Origin: Tubulanus polymorphus
Lineage: Eukaryota > Animalia > Nemertea
Assembly: GCF_964204645.1 (NCBI RefSeq)
Contig: NC_134026.1
Coordinates: 19,688,150-19,752,149 of the forward strand
Direction: 5' to 3'
DNA: 64,000 nt
The position numbers and the translations under genes were made by a program. This document shows positions 1 through 14,900 of this stretch, one piece after another; the first letter of the stretch is position 1, and every line of letters starts with the position of its first letter. Below the pieces are notes generated by a model. It was not told the DNA's origin. It did no database searches and worked only from the letters and a program-made list of their open reading frames with translations.

Positions 1-363
1 CGGGGATCGAAATGTACGGTCAGATCTAAGATTTCCACAAGGTATGAGGTATTAGAAAAGTGCTAAAATTACTAAAGTTACACCGGGGTACACCTATATG
101 TTAAATTAGATACCTTCGATGATCGCGTTTATAACATTACAAAACCTATGGCCAGCTATGAAATCTTGTTCAAATAACATCTAATATCACATATAGAATT
201 TGACGTTTTCAAATATTGTGCGAAGTTAAGAAGGGATCAGAGCTACCGAGATGAACACTCATTATTCCAGCGATTACCGGAAACGGATGTTTTGCGAGAC
301 TGTTGCTCAATTCATCGGATATAATGTGCGCTAATAAGACTTTGTCCTCGTTTCAAGACTCAC

Positions 364-3300
364 CTCAAGAATGACAGTCCAGCCGACGAAATCCAGAAAA
401 GCGGCTTCTGGATTATGCGGGAAGTCCTGCCTATGGCTGTAGTCTTTCGGGTAGCCATTGTCCAGATGGAAACGATGTTCATTGCTGTTGTATCTATAAC
501 GCCACAGTTTTCTACCTGTAGTTCAAAGAAAGCGATATTTGTTCAGTCCATAACCATTTTCCATTGGAACAAAAGTATCAAATCGCTATTCAATTACGAT
601 TAGATAATTGGCTTCACGCACACATTCGAATGCGAAATGTGATATTGCCAAACGACAGGGATCTCACCTCCGAAAACTAGAGCGCTTTCCGTGCGTTTGT
701 CGTACACCGCAGCTTGTATCGGTTGACCCGGTTCCGGAATCATCACATCTCTGACGTCAGTTTTCCGTTCGACACCGCTTCTATCGGATAATTCGTATAC
801 CGTGTTTTCGTGGAACGCATAGGTCAATCCATCAGGGGCTGTAATATGACAAACGTCTTTCTATTTAAAAAATCGTAAGTTCGTCGTCCATCTCGTCCAT
901 TTCATGCGCTGGAGAGTTGCCAGAGAGTGTTGCCAGAAGCGCGTCGCGAAGACGTATGCACTGAGAACGTGGTATTATAACTCGCAACTAAATGATGCAT
1001 AAGTACATATAATTTTCTTAGAGTTTAGAGCTCTCTACACGTAGAAAGTAGTACATGTCAAAACGCGTATGGAGAGGAATAGTTGAAACCTTGAAAAACA
1101 AGATGTGAAGCTAGATTTCAACAACTACCGAAGGAAAATTCAGCATACAACTTTCAATGAAACGATATTGGGCATTAATCATCAATGAAGATACTGACTA
1201 GATATAACGGCATCGAATGAGCCCTGACATGGTCCTGAGCCTGGTCTCATAGTTTTAGGTTCGTTTGGCTTGGCGGTCGTCCGTGGAACTGGACCACCCT
1301 TCTTACCTAGAATGAATATATATATATATATATATATATATGTTTTGAAAGTATAGAATATTTTGGTCAATGTTATCTGACTCATCCTCTAGTCCTTCTT
1401 TGTAATTAGGCATACACGCTCTTGTGATCTTATCGTCTAAAATTTTTTAAATAGAGAAGTTAAAGAATTTGAATTGAGAGTTCTCAAATATAGTGATGAG
1501 GACTATTTCCGACCTGAATTGCTTTTGCGTTAAGTTGGACTCACCATACAGCGATTGAATAGCGCGGACATCGTCGTCGGGAAGTCGAAATTCTTCAAAG
1601 CTCGTATAGCCTTGATACCACGGCGCCATAAGGGCCTCGGGGACTTCTGAGTGGGATAGTCCCAGACCGTGTCCGAGTTCGTGCGCGGCGACGATACGAA
1701 GGTTCGTTCCGTCGTCCGATCCTTCCGTCCACGTCTCATCCTCGTCGAAATGCGCGCGTCCATCTTCCGGGTAGAAACAGTGGGCCAAAGTACCACCTGG
1801 AATTTTACGGCACTGGCGGCATAGAGAAAATGTGTACGATAATATCATCGATTTAATGATGTCGTTAAGTACCTGGTCCGTCGAATGGATAACCGCAGCC
1901 GTGTTCGAATGGGCCGAATCCAAGTTCAAAATCCGCTTTAGCGTTCCTTGACACTTCACTGAATTCTATATTTGTCACTTCGTGCCAATAATTAAAAGCC
2001 CGTTCGAAAGCAATTCTATGATTGATCAAAGATAAATGCATATGGTGTACATGGCGATTTTTTAGCATACAGATAATTACCGAAGTTTTCGCTATATTTT
2101 TAGATATGTATTTCATCGATCATTGTAGACTTCTGTAATGATTTTTTTTCATTTTTGAAAAACGGTAATTTAAGCGATTTTGCTGCAATAGTTTTACTGG
2201 TCTTTTTTCCTTCAGTTTATATAATGCCCTACATAGTCACCTTTGCTCATTTTCCGGCATGTCCGGCGAGAAGTTAAGAATCTTCCATGTAAACGTATCT
2301 TTCGGCCATTTGTCTAGAAATTAGTGTCAAGATACGTATTAATTCGACGATAGAGATAAAAGGGAAATCATTTAGCTATTAAGGATTATCAATTTCATAG
2401 TTGCGGAACTTGATCGAACATAGTCGATACATTGTCGATTAAAGAAAAGTATGATTAAGCACGAAAAGCCTCATTCTTCAAACAGAAAATGTACTTGCAA
2501 TAATTGTAAAATCTTTTCAAAGGTATCCCGACGGATGGAGTTTACGTACTAAATGTTTCGTACATATCTGGAACAGCGAGATTAGGGGTTGACGTTTTCC
2601 TATCAGGCATGCCACAACGAGGAGCAGCCATTTTGGTTATTGTTTCCGTGTCAAGGACGCCGGTCTCCGGAAGCATGGCCATATGCTGAAATTCTCTGAA
2701 AAGTTTTCGCTGTTTAGAAAACACTCTCGTGGAAAATGTGCGTTCGATGCTTTTATCTATTAGCGATTATCTTTATCAGGTCATGTGGTTAGAATTTGCT
2801 TTATTTAACGAAGTAGCAACTGCAATAGACAACCTTATAGACAATCCCGAAATAGATTTGACCATTCCTTTCATTACAGATTATCAAGATGATATTTCGA
2901 CGGAACGATTACGTTTGACCTTTGACAGCCAGTCGATGAAATTCATAAAGAACAACATGCTTCCGTTCGGAAGTAGTTCCCGTTGCGGAAATCTCCAACC
3001 CCCTTCGAAAGTAGATGCTTACTTGATTGCCTTCCTTCTAGCGACATAGCTGTGTTGGCCCTTGGCTCCTGGCGGTAGCGTTTCCAAATAGCCGTAACGT
3101 TCCAGATAGCCCTATGTTAAAATATAGTGAAATCCCACTGGTGGGGTCGGTTCATTTGAAGAAGCCGTTTCTATTGAGCCCGATGTGAGCCTTGGTGCAT
3201 TCATTCTTTCATATCTATAGAACATTACTATCACTTTACTAGAGAAACGGAAATCGACGTAAGTATCTTGGATATAACTTATATCATCCATAAAAATCGA

Positions 3301-4018
3301 TTTGGAAAAATTTTGTTTCGTTAATACGCAGCAAAATCTCAAAATTCTACAAATTGTTGGAAAACGTTAACACGTTGCGAGGTCACGTGCCGATAATATC
3401 AAATGTAAAACAAAGGGTTAATGGTTGGTTATGGCGATATTTCATGTTTCATTAACATTTAGAAGTAACTGACATGATGGCACCAATGTCGAAGGCCTTT
3501 TTGGTTACTCTGAGTACGAACTTTTTTCCAAGAAAAAAAGTAGGTGGCTAAAGGGAAAAAAAGTAAAAAAAAGAGGTTTTTTATAATAGGCTTTTTGAAA
3601 TTGAAGGAACAGAAAAAAAATTAAAATTGTGATGAAACAAAATAATGATGGAAGGAATGAAAAACAGAACTAACTCTTTTCGCAAATCACGAAAATTAAA
3701 AAATCACAAATTGAAAATTCCGATGAGCATAACTTAGAGATTGAAAGTACTGATGTAAACACGAAGGAGGATTTTTTATTTAATCATTTTTGCAGAATTC
3801 CCCGGATCCGTACTCCAGATAATTAAAAAAGACTGGCCTATATGCCCGCATTCCTTATTCAAATTTTTATGCATCATCGGGAGCTAAAAGATCTTACGTA
3901 TATATCCATTCTCAATATTGTTACTCACGTCCGGATCGACTGTTTTATTCAGATTTCGGCAATCGACAGTGACACCTAAAAAGGCCGCTGCGGCTACAAC
4001 GAATACGACTGCATTCAT
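364..4018 (-). CDS. Secreted matrix metalloproteinase (M10A) with hemopexin domain; multi-exon, 3' end probably beyond the window start
   Basis: ATG at 4018 with signal peptide [20 protein letters not shown]; prodomain YLERYGYL (~3023-3111); cysteine switch PRCGMPD (~2545-2696); catalytic exons ~1873-2016 and ~1546-1797 with [11 protein letters not shown] zinc motif and ALMAP Met-turn; Pro-rich hinge then hemopexin-like exons (C..SFDAV, ~666-840, ~364-516 with DNGYPK). GT-AG junctions. Confidence 0.93.
1315..1341. repeat. (TA)n microsatellite in an MMP intron
   Basis: Directly visible. Confidence 0.9.
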
Positions 4019-5089
4019 CTTCGACGTTCAAAAATGCTCTACTCAACTTACGGCTATGGTTTCTAATTTATTCGATTGTTTGGACTGTTTGCGCAGACTG
4101 CGTTTACCCGTTACGTGTTTTCAAACGTTGTTAACATGACAGATTCGAATATATTCGACAGCTACAAGTGCATTTTTACAATTAATTTCTATCATAGCGG
4201 ATATGTTCGATCGACATGACATATATAAAAAATGACTGATGTGTCATTTTGAATAAAATGCGTAGGGTGTTGCCCTAATTTACTCCCACCATTTCTAACA
4301 TTTAATCTCCCCCTTTTATATTTGCCTTTGCAATTTCGTACTTCCATATGTTTCTCGCGAATCATTTTCTTCTGTTTTCGACGTTGTTTGATTACTTCAT
4401 ATTCATGTGTCCAAGTAATGAAAAAAAAGTTAATATGTAATTGGCATTTGATTTGAAATATAGGGAGCGTTCAAATAGTACGTACGGCAAATTTTGCTGT
4501 TTTTTTTTTTAAATCCGCCTACCCCCTTATACGATCTCGGTACTCATTTTTGACCCCCAACCGATTTTGTAAGAACCCCTCAACCACGAATTGCATAATG
4601 TTATTGTTGGCCTACCTTCAATTTGAAAAACGCTCAGAAAGTCACTAGAATTCAATAGCGACGATGTGTCTATTAAATAAAATCGCGTAAATCGATGATA
4701 TTAGGATACTGTAATCTAATATTTCGTATCAATGTTTGACGTAATTTTGGATCTCTCGTCGCGTCAGTATACGTAATATTTACTTAAGAGACGCCCTATC
4801 AGAAAAGTACGCATATTTTTCTTTGAAAACGTAGCTTTCGTCGGGAACGTATAAACTACTTTAATTTGGGAAGATAAAGACCAACAAGGCATATATAAGA
4901 CTAAAAATTGGTTTTCGAAATGGCATATATTCATGTGTAGATATGGATATGTCATGTGTAGATATGGATATGTAGTGTGATAGTTGAATCAATTTAAGAT
5001 CCATCGCTAATGGTGCCAATGAATATAATTTGATATAAATGTCATATGGTTCCACTGTTCTCACATTTATTCCCACTACGGCATCATTT

Positions 5090-8000
5090 TCACGGATTTG
5101 CTGTATAATAACACATGTTATAGGAATGATATTGTAGATTCGGTCCTGAAGTTTTCGGATGGCAACCCGTTGGTACCGGGGGCCGATTATTCGGCGGAGG
5201 CCCGGCGAAGTTATTGAAATGGTATTGTTCCTCGGTGGCCGTCATTCCCGCTACGGATTGACAAGTCCCAGAGCCATAGACGAATAGGTAAAACGACTTA
5301 TCGGTCGGTAATTTTATGGGATTAGAAATTGCCGAGCTGTCGTTCATACAGCAAAAATTGATTGAAGTTCTTTGAGGATCATATGTGCCAGTCGGAAAAA
5401 CTCCAGTATTGGTGTTTAGACGGGAAGTGTCGTCAACCCATTCAACTGTTCCATCGTGCAAACCTTTATAGAATTCAAAATACTTAAGTTAGTTTTACGA
5501 TAGTTCCTCGGATAAGTTATATGCAATAATTTCATACCTTTTGGGCAGTTTTTGTACATGAATATACAGTAGGAACCAGCAGGCCATTCGGTAGACACAG
5601 GCTTAATCGCGTCGCTGGTTTTCATGCAAAATCTCTGCGTTATATCCGTCGTAGAAAAGGAACCGGGGGGAAAATGTATTCCGGGAGTGAATTGCCCGGC
5701 GTCCCTGGACGTTCCCTTTTGAAACCTTTCTCCTTTTTGCCAGTTGAATCCGAAGGAACTCGGGCAGCCCTCGTCCGTTTCGTACAGCCCGTACGTACCC
5801 GTTGGCCATTTAACTAAAAGAAACGTGGTAAATGAAGTAACTTTCAGATATTAATAACATCTCATTTCAAACCAGTTTTAATCATAATCTTGATGAAACA
5901 ATCTGCCCGTGTCGCCACGTTGGATACAAGTCCGAAAGGTTTCCGTGAGCTTAAGTTCATTTCAACGTTTCGACTACTTTCGTAGTCATCCTCAGCAAAA
6001 CTGTATTCGGCATTGAACAGAGTATACACATAAGGTGAATACAGTATTCCCGACTATAAGCGCGAGGATAGCCGAAACGTGGAAATGGACTCTACGGGCG
6101 GATCCAGCCAACCGCTATTACCGCTGGGGCGTATTCACGTTTGTAGAAGTGCCCTTCTATTTTTCAACTTCTGGTAGAAGTTATTAAAATGGTCAATTTG
6201 AATAATCGAAAATCACAACAAACTTCATGTTTCTTTAAGATTCCATCCAATTCGTTCACATTGAAATGAAACGATTGGAGGTTTTTATGATATCTCATTT
6301 TCTCTTTGCGTCCACCTTAGAATGCAAATATTGAATCTTTGATAGTCGATGAAGGTTAAAAGATAAGACGCCTTCTCCTTGAACGCGTGCTCGTAATTAA
6401 AATCCTAATGTAATAAGCCGTTATAAGACGTGATGAGTAATAAACTTGTCATAATATCACATGAATTCGAACTGATTCGAGGATTATTATTCGTGAAATC
6501 GTTCGTATTTTAGTCGAATACGTGACAAGACCAATCGGATCGGCTGCTGCCGCATAGCCGTATATCGGATTAACGCGAATGAAACGACTGACATGTCAAC
6601 CGTAATGAAACCCACAAATCGACGACTTATACACGTCAATTATTTACTACTTAGAAATTCAGTTAATCTTATTTCGCTGTTGATATTATTTTCACATCGC
6701 TACCGGGTGTTACGGTGAAGTCATATTTTCAACAACTGGCGTCACCAACCGAGGGCAGGTCCAAACGAACTAGGAAGGTTCGAACCAAATATACCAGAGG
6801 CGAATTCATCCTGTCAAATTAGATTAAATTTGATTTTCCAAATCGTAATTTGCTGGTCGTGTGTCCAAATCAGATTCACACAACAGGGTAGATTTGACGA
6901 TTTGTTCAAAACCGCTGACACTGTCCCTGGTTATTGACTATTATGTCGACAACACATGAGTTTTCAGTTTCACTTTTTGAGTTTTTGACCAGTTTTTGAT
7001 CAGTTTTCCTAAAAGCTAGGAGCAGCTTTGATAGGGTTTTTCCATTTGATAACCATTTGATTATGAATTCTAAAACAACCAGGGGACATACGTATCGAGT
7101 TTTCAACAACAGCTAAGAAGAGCATGTTCTTTTAATGGCAGAAACCTTCTTGTGAAAAAGAAATTGTGAGTCCGCCATCTTTGAATCGCATCAAATCGTA
7201 TCAAATCAACCTCCGGTGGAGATTCGATGATTTGATATTATGCATTTGAAATCGCGTTGAATCAAAACATTTTACCAAATCAAATTTGATTATGCCAGGA
7301 TGAATACGATTTTATCTAAAATTCCAATCTGATATGAGAGGATAAATTCGCCTCAAGACTACAAATGGCGTCCATGCACGTCTCACCAAATGGCATGTTG
7401 CCCGCGAAATCCAGAAACTTAAAAAAAGGGTGAACCAGATATATTGGGATACAACACCTGAGGAAAGCAACTTTAAAGAGAGTAACAAATATTGACAATA
7501 CATGCAAATTTGATTTCCTTGATTTGAATAAACGCTGTCTTGATCTTTAGTAAACCTTGTTAAAATATCAATTCTCAGAAATCAGATATTTTGATTGGTT
7601 TAAACATGTATGTTTCAACTGGTCGACATATCTGATGTCAGTGAAATTTTACATTTTTTGAAGGGCTGATTAGTATTTCATCAGATCGATCCCTACAGAT
7701 GGCCTTCTGCTGACAACGGAATAACAATTCGACAACTTCTTTTTCCAGATTTCAAAATATCAGTTCAGAGCTTTTTCGCGTATTCTGAAGTTTGAAAAAC
7801 TCGTAGCGGTTTTCTCTATCCCATCCCTTTACTTGATAGCACAACGATGAGGTCATTGCAATCGGTGGAAAAATAAAGTATTTTCTCGATCAATAATCAA
7901 GATCGATTCTCGATCTTCCGAAGGTCACTTGGTAATAAAGGTATTGAATTATTCGCTTTTGATTTGGTGCTGTTCGAACTCGACAAGCAGAACGGGCGGA

Positions 8001-8928
8001 GATCTTAACGGTGATTTAATAAGCACGTTTGACATGAAAATACGCTTTAATACTAGAATCGATCTGTGGCTTAGATTTTTGTTTTTCAAAAGGTTTTATC
8101 GAACATAAACGGATCATTCGTTCGTAAATCATCGTATTACCGTTACCACGCGAGAAGGTTGACTTGACGCTGAACCCAACTAGCTGCGTACTAACATAAA
8201 CCATTAGGCCGGTAGAAAAAATTCCAATTATTTGCTTCGATTTAATAAAGAAAAATATTCGACTGCTGACCAAACAACTATATCTGTACTTGCATTTCCG
8301 ATTTCAAAACCAAACCCTGTTTCGCTCCCGGCAGATGTGGTGGGTTTGTAAGGGACTCCAAATCAAAACATCAAATCAAACGAAATCTACCTAACAAATA
8401 AATAACAGGGTCAATCCCTATTCTATGATGAAGAAATTATAATCAAGACTATGGGTATCAGGGAATGAATCAATAGTCTTTTTTGTTTTGGTTTATTGCA
8501 GGTAACTTGAATGCATTTGGAATACGGTTAAGTAACCTCACTCTGCAATACGTAACCTCTTTTAGATCGAAAAAAGTTCTTCAGTGTCCAGTTCCAAACT
8601 TACCCGCATCCGGATTGTGGTCGGCATAGAAGGCCAAATCAGTTACCGATATATTAGCGTTGCTACCAGAATCTGTATACATCCAAAGTTTGCATTCTTT
8701 GCCCGCTCTCTCGTACGTAAATCCGACGCATGTCTCGATAATCGTCGTGCACAGCGAGGCACAACCCAATTTCGTATCGGTCGAGTTCGTGCTCAGTTCG
8801 GCCCACGGGTACGCGCCGGCGGGAACTTTTCGATACATCGTTTCTCGCCGCAAAGCGGTCATATTCGCGACGAACCCCGTCGATAGCAAGGTCCAGAAAG
8901 TTATTCTTACAAACGGCGAGGAAGCCAT
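5090..8928 (-). CDS. Secreted PAN/Apple + ApeC (apextrin C-terminal) domain protein, 3 exons
   Basis: Exon 8604-8928: hydrophobic leader and PAN-like CASLC...CVGFTY...C.L. Exon 5538-5813: KWPTGTYGL...GCP...FCMK...WPAGSYCIF...CP. Exon 5090-5463: ...FPTGTYD...INFCC...PIKLPTDKSFYLF...CQSVAG...CYY. These are ApeC signatures. Both introns are phase-1 GT-AG and keep the frame. Confidence 0.75.
5960..5998 (-). ncRNA. Minimal hammerhead-ribozyme-like motif (Penelope-type)
   Basis: Minus strand CTGAGGA-T-GACTAC-GAAA-GTAGTC-GAAAC-GTT: intact core boxes and a perfect stem II; stem I is poorly paired. Confidence 0.5.
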
Positions 8929-11900
8929 TATTTCGACTCGATACGCCGGCGAGTGGGATATCTATACGAAATCCAAAAATCTCACGCAGACGACACGCGA
9001 GTGACAAACGAAAGATTTGTAACTGAAAATGATCGTAGGTGATGACATTCGGCGTTATATATTTGATTGATTGCGAATTCAAACGTATTAGGCCCATACG
9101 GTAGATCGGGCAGTCGTTCCTCTACAGATGGCTTGGTAACTAGATATAATGATTGATCGTTGATACCTTGCTTCCTTGCGCTTGCGAGAATCGAAGGCGA
9201 TTTTAAGCGTCGAAACGAGCTTTTTCGGTTAATCCTTGCAAATTGAATCATCCCGCGATTTGGTTTATCCGCGTCACCGTTAATTAAACAAGTAAATGTT
9301 CCTACAAATAAATCACTTCGCTCCGAGGCAGGCATTCTTGCAATTACATGTATAATATTTCATAGATGGAAAAACTGTCCATAAGATGTAGGTACGCATA
9401 TATTACATGTATAGTCCTTATCTCAAATAACTGAGGAAGTCAATTTTAATATGCCCTCTCTTTGGCATCAATAATGAAAACGCCAATTAAATCCAAAAAC
9501 ACTGAATGCACTTTCGCGTGATAGGTTTGGCTTTTATAGCTTTTTAGAACGTGCATTAAAGTCAGAGAAACATCTTGGTCGTTTCCTGACGCAGCTTTCC
9601 AAATCCTTGTGGAGTCTATGCATGCCTTGCGCGCGTGAATACGGATCGTAAATTTCATTTCCCACAAACGTCTACCGTCATCACCTCTAAACCACTGTCC
9701 CTTTTCTTTAGAAGGTCCCCTATCAGCGCAATCAGCAAATTGGTGAACGCGTATTAGGTGCTACATTGTTTTGGTGTTCAGAGGTTATCGGTGCCAAAAC
9801 TCTCCCAACCTAACTCCGGTACAATGGCGACCCGCTGAATTTGAGGTATGATCCCCTGGCTGGTCAATTTCTAGTATGGTTGAACCTCGTTAATACGATT
9901 CTGTTAAAGGCGAAACAGTTTATTGCGATGATTTCCAGCATGATCGTAGGTAGAGAGTCTAGATAATTCAAAATCCATAGAAGCAAAAAAGTACAAATCT
10001 CATTTTCTAATGAGTAATTTATATTTATCATAGCGAACGTTTTCGGGAGTTACATTTTCCCTCTTCAAGCATAGCGCAAGTGATTAAAAATTAAATTTAA
10101 TCACTTGCGCTATGCCTGAAGATGGGATAATGTAACTCCCGAAAACGCCTGTGTGTGCGCGTGTGCGCGAGTACTTTTCTACTTGTAAAAAAAATTGGAA
10201 GAAATTGCGAGAACAATTTCAACAATGCGAATCTAATGGCTAAAAAGGGCTTATAGTCAGTGCAAACAGGCAGATTTAAAAACACGGGAAATCCGCGTGC
10301 GAGATGCATGGTGTTTTCAGTTACACCAGACCGGTAGGGTGGGATCGTATCAGTATCTAGCTTCGCAAAGAACCAGTGTTTGATGTTACCGCATAGTTGG
10401 GTACACTAGGATCGTAGAGCGACGGAGATGACCGTGGATTCAAATCACTTCCAGGACTGAGTGAACATCTCACTGTCAGTGACTTATCGTTGGTGGTAAG
10501 CTTTCATAATTTCATGTGCCGTGGTTTGGGAATTACGCAATCGTGAAAAAGAACCACAGACAGATTACTGACTTCTTACGTACGTAGCTGCGTATATTTT
10601 GAAATTTTGATTTCAAAAAATGACACTAAGGAACTATCACTGCCTGAGAAAAGCAAACAATATTTCAGGAAATAAATATCTTTATTTGTTAAACGGTTCC
10701 AAAAACTATTAAACAACTATTTTAAAAACAAAAACCCCTTACACAAACCAATGCATACGTACTCTGCAGTTTCACGATATTGCGGGCTAAGATTTGACTT
10801 AATATATATCGAAAAACGAAATAATTTTAGGATCATATTGATAACCCAACAATTGTATGGAACTGGACCCAGATCTAAGTAGTGTACCGAAATTTAAAAT
10901 AGTACGATCAAAATGACAAAAATCTTATATCCCAATAAAAAATTGCAAATATCATAAAATGACTCTAATCATATTTACCTCCCGAACCTATAGAATAGGA
11001 TATGTACATAACTATGAAATAACTCGCCCCAGTTTCACAGTATATGTGATACATAATGTAACCAGGAAAATGTAACATTTTCCTGGAGCTTCAAGTTTAA
11101 TTCATCATGATTATACAGTACTGATGAATGAAACTTTGAATGACAGTAGTTTTGGGAAACGGGCTGGTGGTCTTGGAGCAAATCTTGGAGGTAAACCATG
11201 ACTATTACACATCTATCCTGGGGGTGTGACCTTGTACATACAATCATGCACATATAAACTAGGTTTTTAACACATTTGCCGCTGACTTCAAGATGTCTCT
11301 TAGCTTTGGTTCGGCCATCATTGCCACTACAAGTGATTTCTTAGCTGATGCTTCATATTCACAGTATGATATTGGAATGACACATTTCCTGATTAGCTGG
11401 CAATGCGAACGAACTCTGCTTCATTCCAAGTGCTCATTCGTCAATCATGAACTATGGACGACTGTGTACTAGCTCTATCGCCAACTACGAGATAACGGGT
11501 AGTAGCAACTGGAATTCTAATATCGTCCAGTAAAGTTAATCGTAAAGTTAAGCCATAGAATTGTAAACTGAAGGGAATGCAGACTCTATTACTGTTCATT
11601 TGTCTTGGTGCAAACTATGAAATTCCACAGCCCCCAGCACCCTACTGGTCATGATAAACAATAGATTCTCGGTAATATTTTTTCAAGATTTGAAAAATTC
11701 TAAAGACTTAAACAAATCTTGAAAAACGGCAACCAGTCTAGAAAACCTATTGTTCATTGCTAACAGTGAGTGGGCTGAACAAAACACAAGAATACTAGAG
11801 CATTTTTGAGGAGTCGGCCATCGCTTCATTTCACATTCCTACTGTTAAGCTGTAACCTGAGAATATTGTAAATATTCGATGTACAATGTATTCTAAAAAT

Positions 11901-11939
11901 GCACCAAATAACAACAGTTTTCACCTATGATATGCGCAG

Positions 11940-14900
11940 TTACACCGGACTCTTATCGGATACTGGTGTTGTTGACACGGGAGGCTTTTGTTTAAACGTG
12001 ATCCAGGTGTATACTACACTTCCCAAAGCGCTGAAATGAAGAAATAAAGAACGGTTTACCATCTCTTCTGTTAGATAGTGGTCACACTAATAAACTGAAA
12101 TGGTCGGTACTAAAAGATTTAAGTAACATCCATACCTGATATTAAGTCCTATAAAATTGACCATTGAAAATACGTAATCACCCCCTATGAACATTCCTAT
12201 GTAAGTCACAAGTAAATTCTACAAAGAAAAACACAATCATTATTTCGAGTGTTATTTTTAGTTTCTGGATTTGAACCTGAATGGCCAGTGACAGGGAATT
12301 GACTAATCACAGACACATTTCTAAACGCATTATGCAATGCTGAATCTAGTTAAACTCCAAACTCTAATAGTTTCTGTACCATTTGACTCAGGTTAAAGAG
12401 AATATTTAGCGATGTATGGACATTTGATATTTAGGTGAAGATCTATGTCATCTGACTCGAGGGGTAAAACATTGGAATAAACTACCAGTAGAGCTAAAGG
12501 CGGATATAGAAGTTGACATGATAAAAACTCACTACGTACAAATCTAAAGACAAAACCATCATTCAAAAAAACGCACCTGACAATAATCTCTCGTTAAGAG
12601 TTCAAAACGTTGTGTACTCTGTTTTTAATTTTTAATCTTGAAATATTTTTGAATGATAATTTCGTTTTTAAATTTGTACAAGTGGGTTTTTATCAAATTA
12701 TCTATTCTCCACATTTGAGAGTGGCTATTCTACTACGAACAAATGATAACTGTTCATTATCATCACATTTATGAATTGGTGTTATACCTTGAGCACTCCG
12801 ACTATAGTAGTGGTCAATGCCGAGTTGTATAAAGTACACAGTACTATTGAATACATCAGTACAAAACCCATACCGCAAGACATCAGGAACTGTACAGTAA
12901 ACATCGGATTGCTCCAACTCTCAAATGCCAGCACCTGCAATTACAGCGACACTATCAGAAAATAATGGGGATATTGATCGATAACTGAATGACGGTATTC
13001 AAGAGATGCATGGACAAGATTATTGCCTTCCTCTATTATTGATCCATTCATATTTGAAATCTATTTCTAAAGACCATTAAATTTTGAGTGCTCCCTTTTA
13101 ATGTAAAGATACATCTTCAACTAGGGGTCCAGGGACACTATGCCGACTTAGCAAGTAGTTTGAAATGCTCAGCAATATGAAAATTTCACAATTCAATGCC
13201 CCCTGGTGAATATATACAGTAGTTATAGCAATGTAGGCAGAAATTCTTTGATTTTCTCGAGTTTTGAGAACCATTGCAATGTAGAGGCACAATGGAACAC
13301 GTAGCAATAACTTACAGATTTAAATTCTCCATTGATGAAGATGACTAGAGTGGCAGGAATAAGCATGAACAACGCATTATAATAAAGCAGACCGTATTTT
13401 CCAAGATTCTGAAAAAAATGTATCGAATTCCGTCATTACATGTATAAATTCAATTAACAAGTGACAAGCACGAACATAAGTATCAATTACTTTACTACAA
13501 TAAACCTCGCCTAACTCGGAAAAATTGGAACCAGTAAATTAAGTCTGACTAGAGTAAAGTCGAGAAAAGGATGGGAGAAAATGTTCGCAAGCCACATAAA
13601 TGATTTCATTTTTGTCCAAGTTAATCCAAGTTGACCGTATCCAAGCAAGCTGAGGTTTACTGTAATTCCACATATACTGTACTGGTACTATTAATCATAG
13701 AAAAATTGTTAATGAATTTTAAATTTCACAGTAGCAGCAACGAATAGATTCAGAAAAAAAAGTTTTCCGCAAAAACTGCATGAAAAAACCCTTTTCACCA
13801 TGCTCGGTATTTAGATGGTAAAATCGCTACATAACTGAAGCCGAGATAAAACTGCTTGGATTTGAATTAAACCTCCACTGCGGTAATTGGAACCTGAAGG
13901 CATTGCGAACTGTCACGGAATGAAACCTTGCCATGTGTTGTGATGTGGCTTGGACCTAGCTATTCGAGCAATCAGGACCGACATCCGCATCCACTTTCTT
14001 CTTGTTCGAAATTTGATTCAGGGTTGTTGTAAATGAACTATGTAATTAAACCAACAACTCTAGAACTTGGTCTAGAACATCAGCCGCGTTTGTTTGGCCG
14101 AGCATGTCAACTGACACCTGGAAAACGGCATCAAGATTTGAACTTCAATTATGACCGCCCAGGATCACCTCGCAGCAGGATCAGCCGAGGATGAGGCCAT
14201 ATTATTGTGACCAAGCCTCAGTCAGTTAGTACTAACGTGAGTTTCCAATTTAATGGCAAATCGAACCAAAAGTTTTGATTCCCATAACAGAAAACTTCTA
14301 ACCATTGACTCTCAGTTCATGTTCAAACTTAGCACCGGTCAGGGCAGTATGGCAGGGTTTCATACCGTGGATGAACCTCGCAATGGCATCAGGCTTCAAT
14401 TCCAGTTAGGGATGAAGGGTGTGGTGAATGAAAAACAAAAGATATTTTCCACCTTTGTATACTTTCCATAATCTTCATCACCCTAAATTTCAAAGATGAT
14501 GATCATCATCATCATCATGAAAAAATAAATTTCAGGTTAGATTTCACCCTAAATGAATCTAACCCATATATCGATGTTAGTAGCTATGATGTGGCCGTAA
14601 TTAGCCACTAGTCAACCAACATTTGAGTGGTTGGCCTGGTCATAATGTAAAGCACATCCAAAGCGTAAAGACCATCTTGACATACCTTGGTGTCCAGTTT
14701 TTTCTTCGTATAAACGCCGTTCAAAGCTGTGCACAGATCATTCAGTAAAATGAATACATATCCTTTGAGGTCAAATGCCAAATCATCGCTTAGAATGAAA
14801 TATGAAAATTTAAATATATAATCTATAACATTACTGACAGTATGGTTAATGACTATGGTTTATCTACTGACCTAGCAGCTATCAAAGCACCGATAATCAT

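Noticed and set aside
2729-3049. 106-aa plus-strand ORF within the MMP locus
   Set aside because: Intronic/antisense, with no recognisable domain or splice support.
8584-9097. Overlapping ORFs in other frames and strands around the PAN exon
   Set aside because: Only the 8928-start minus frame has a signal peptide, a Cys pattern and a compatible splice donor.
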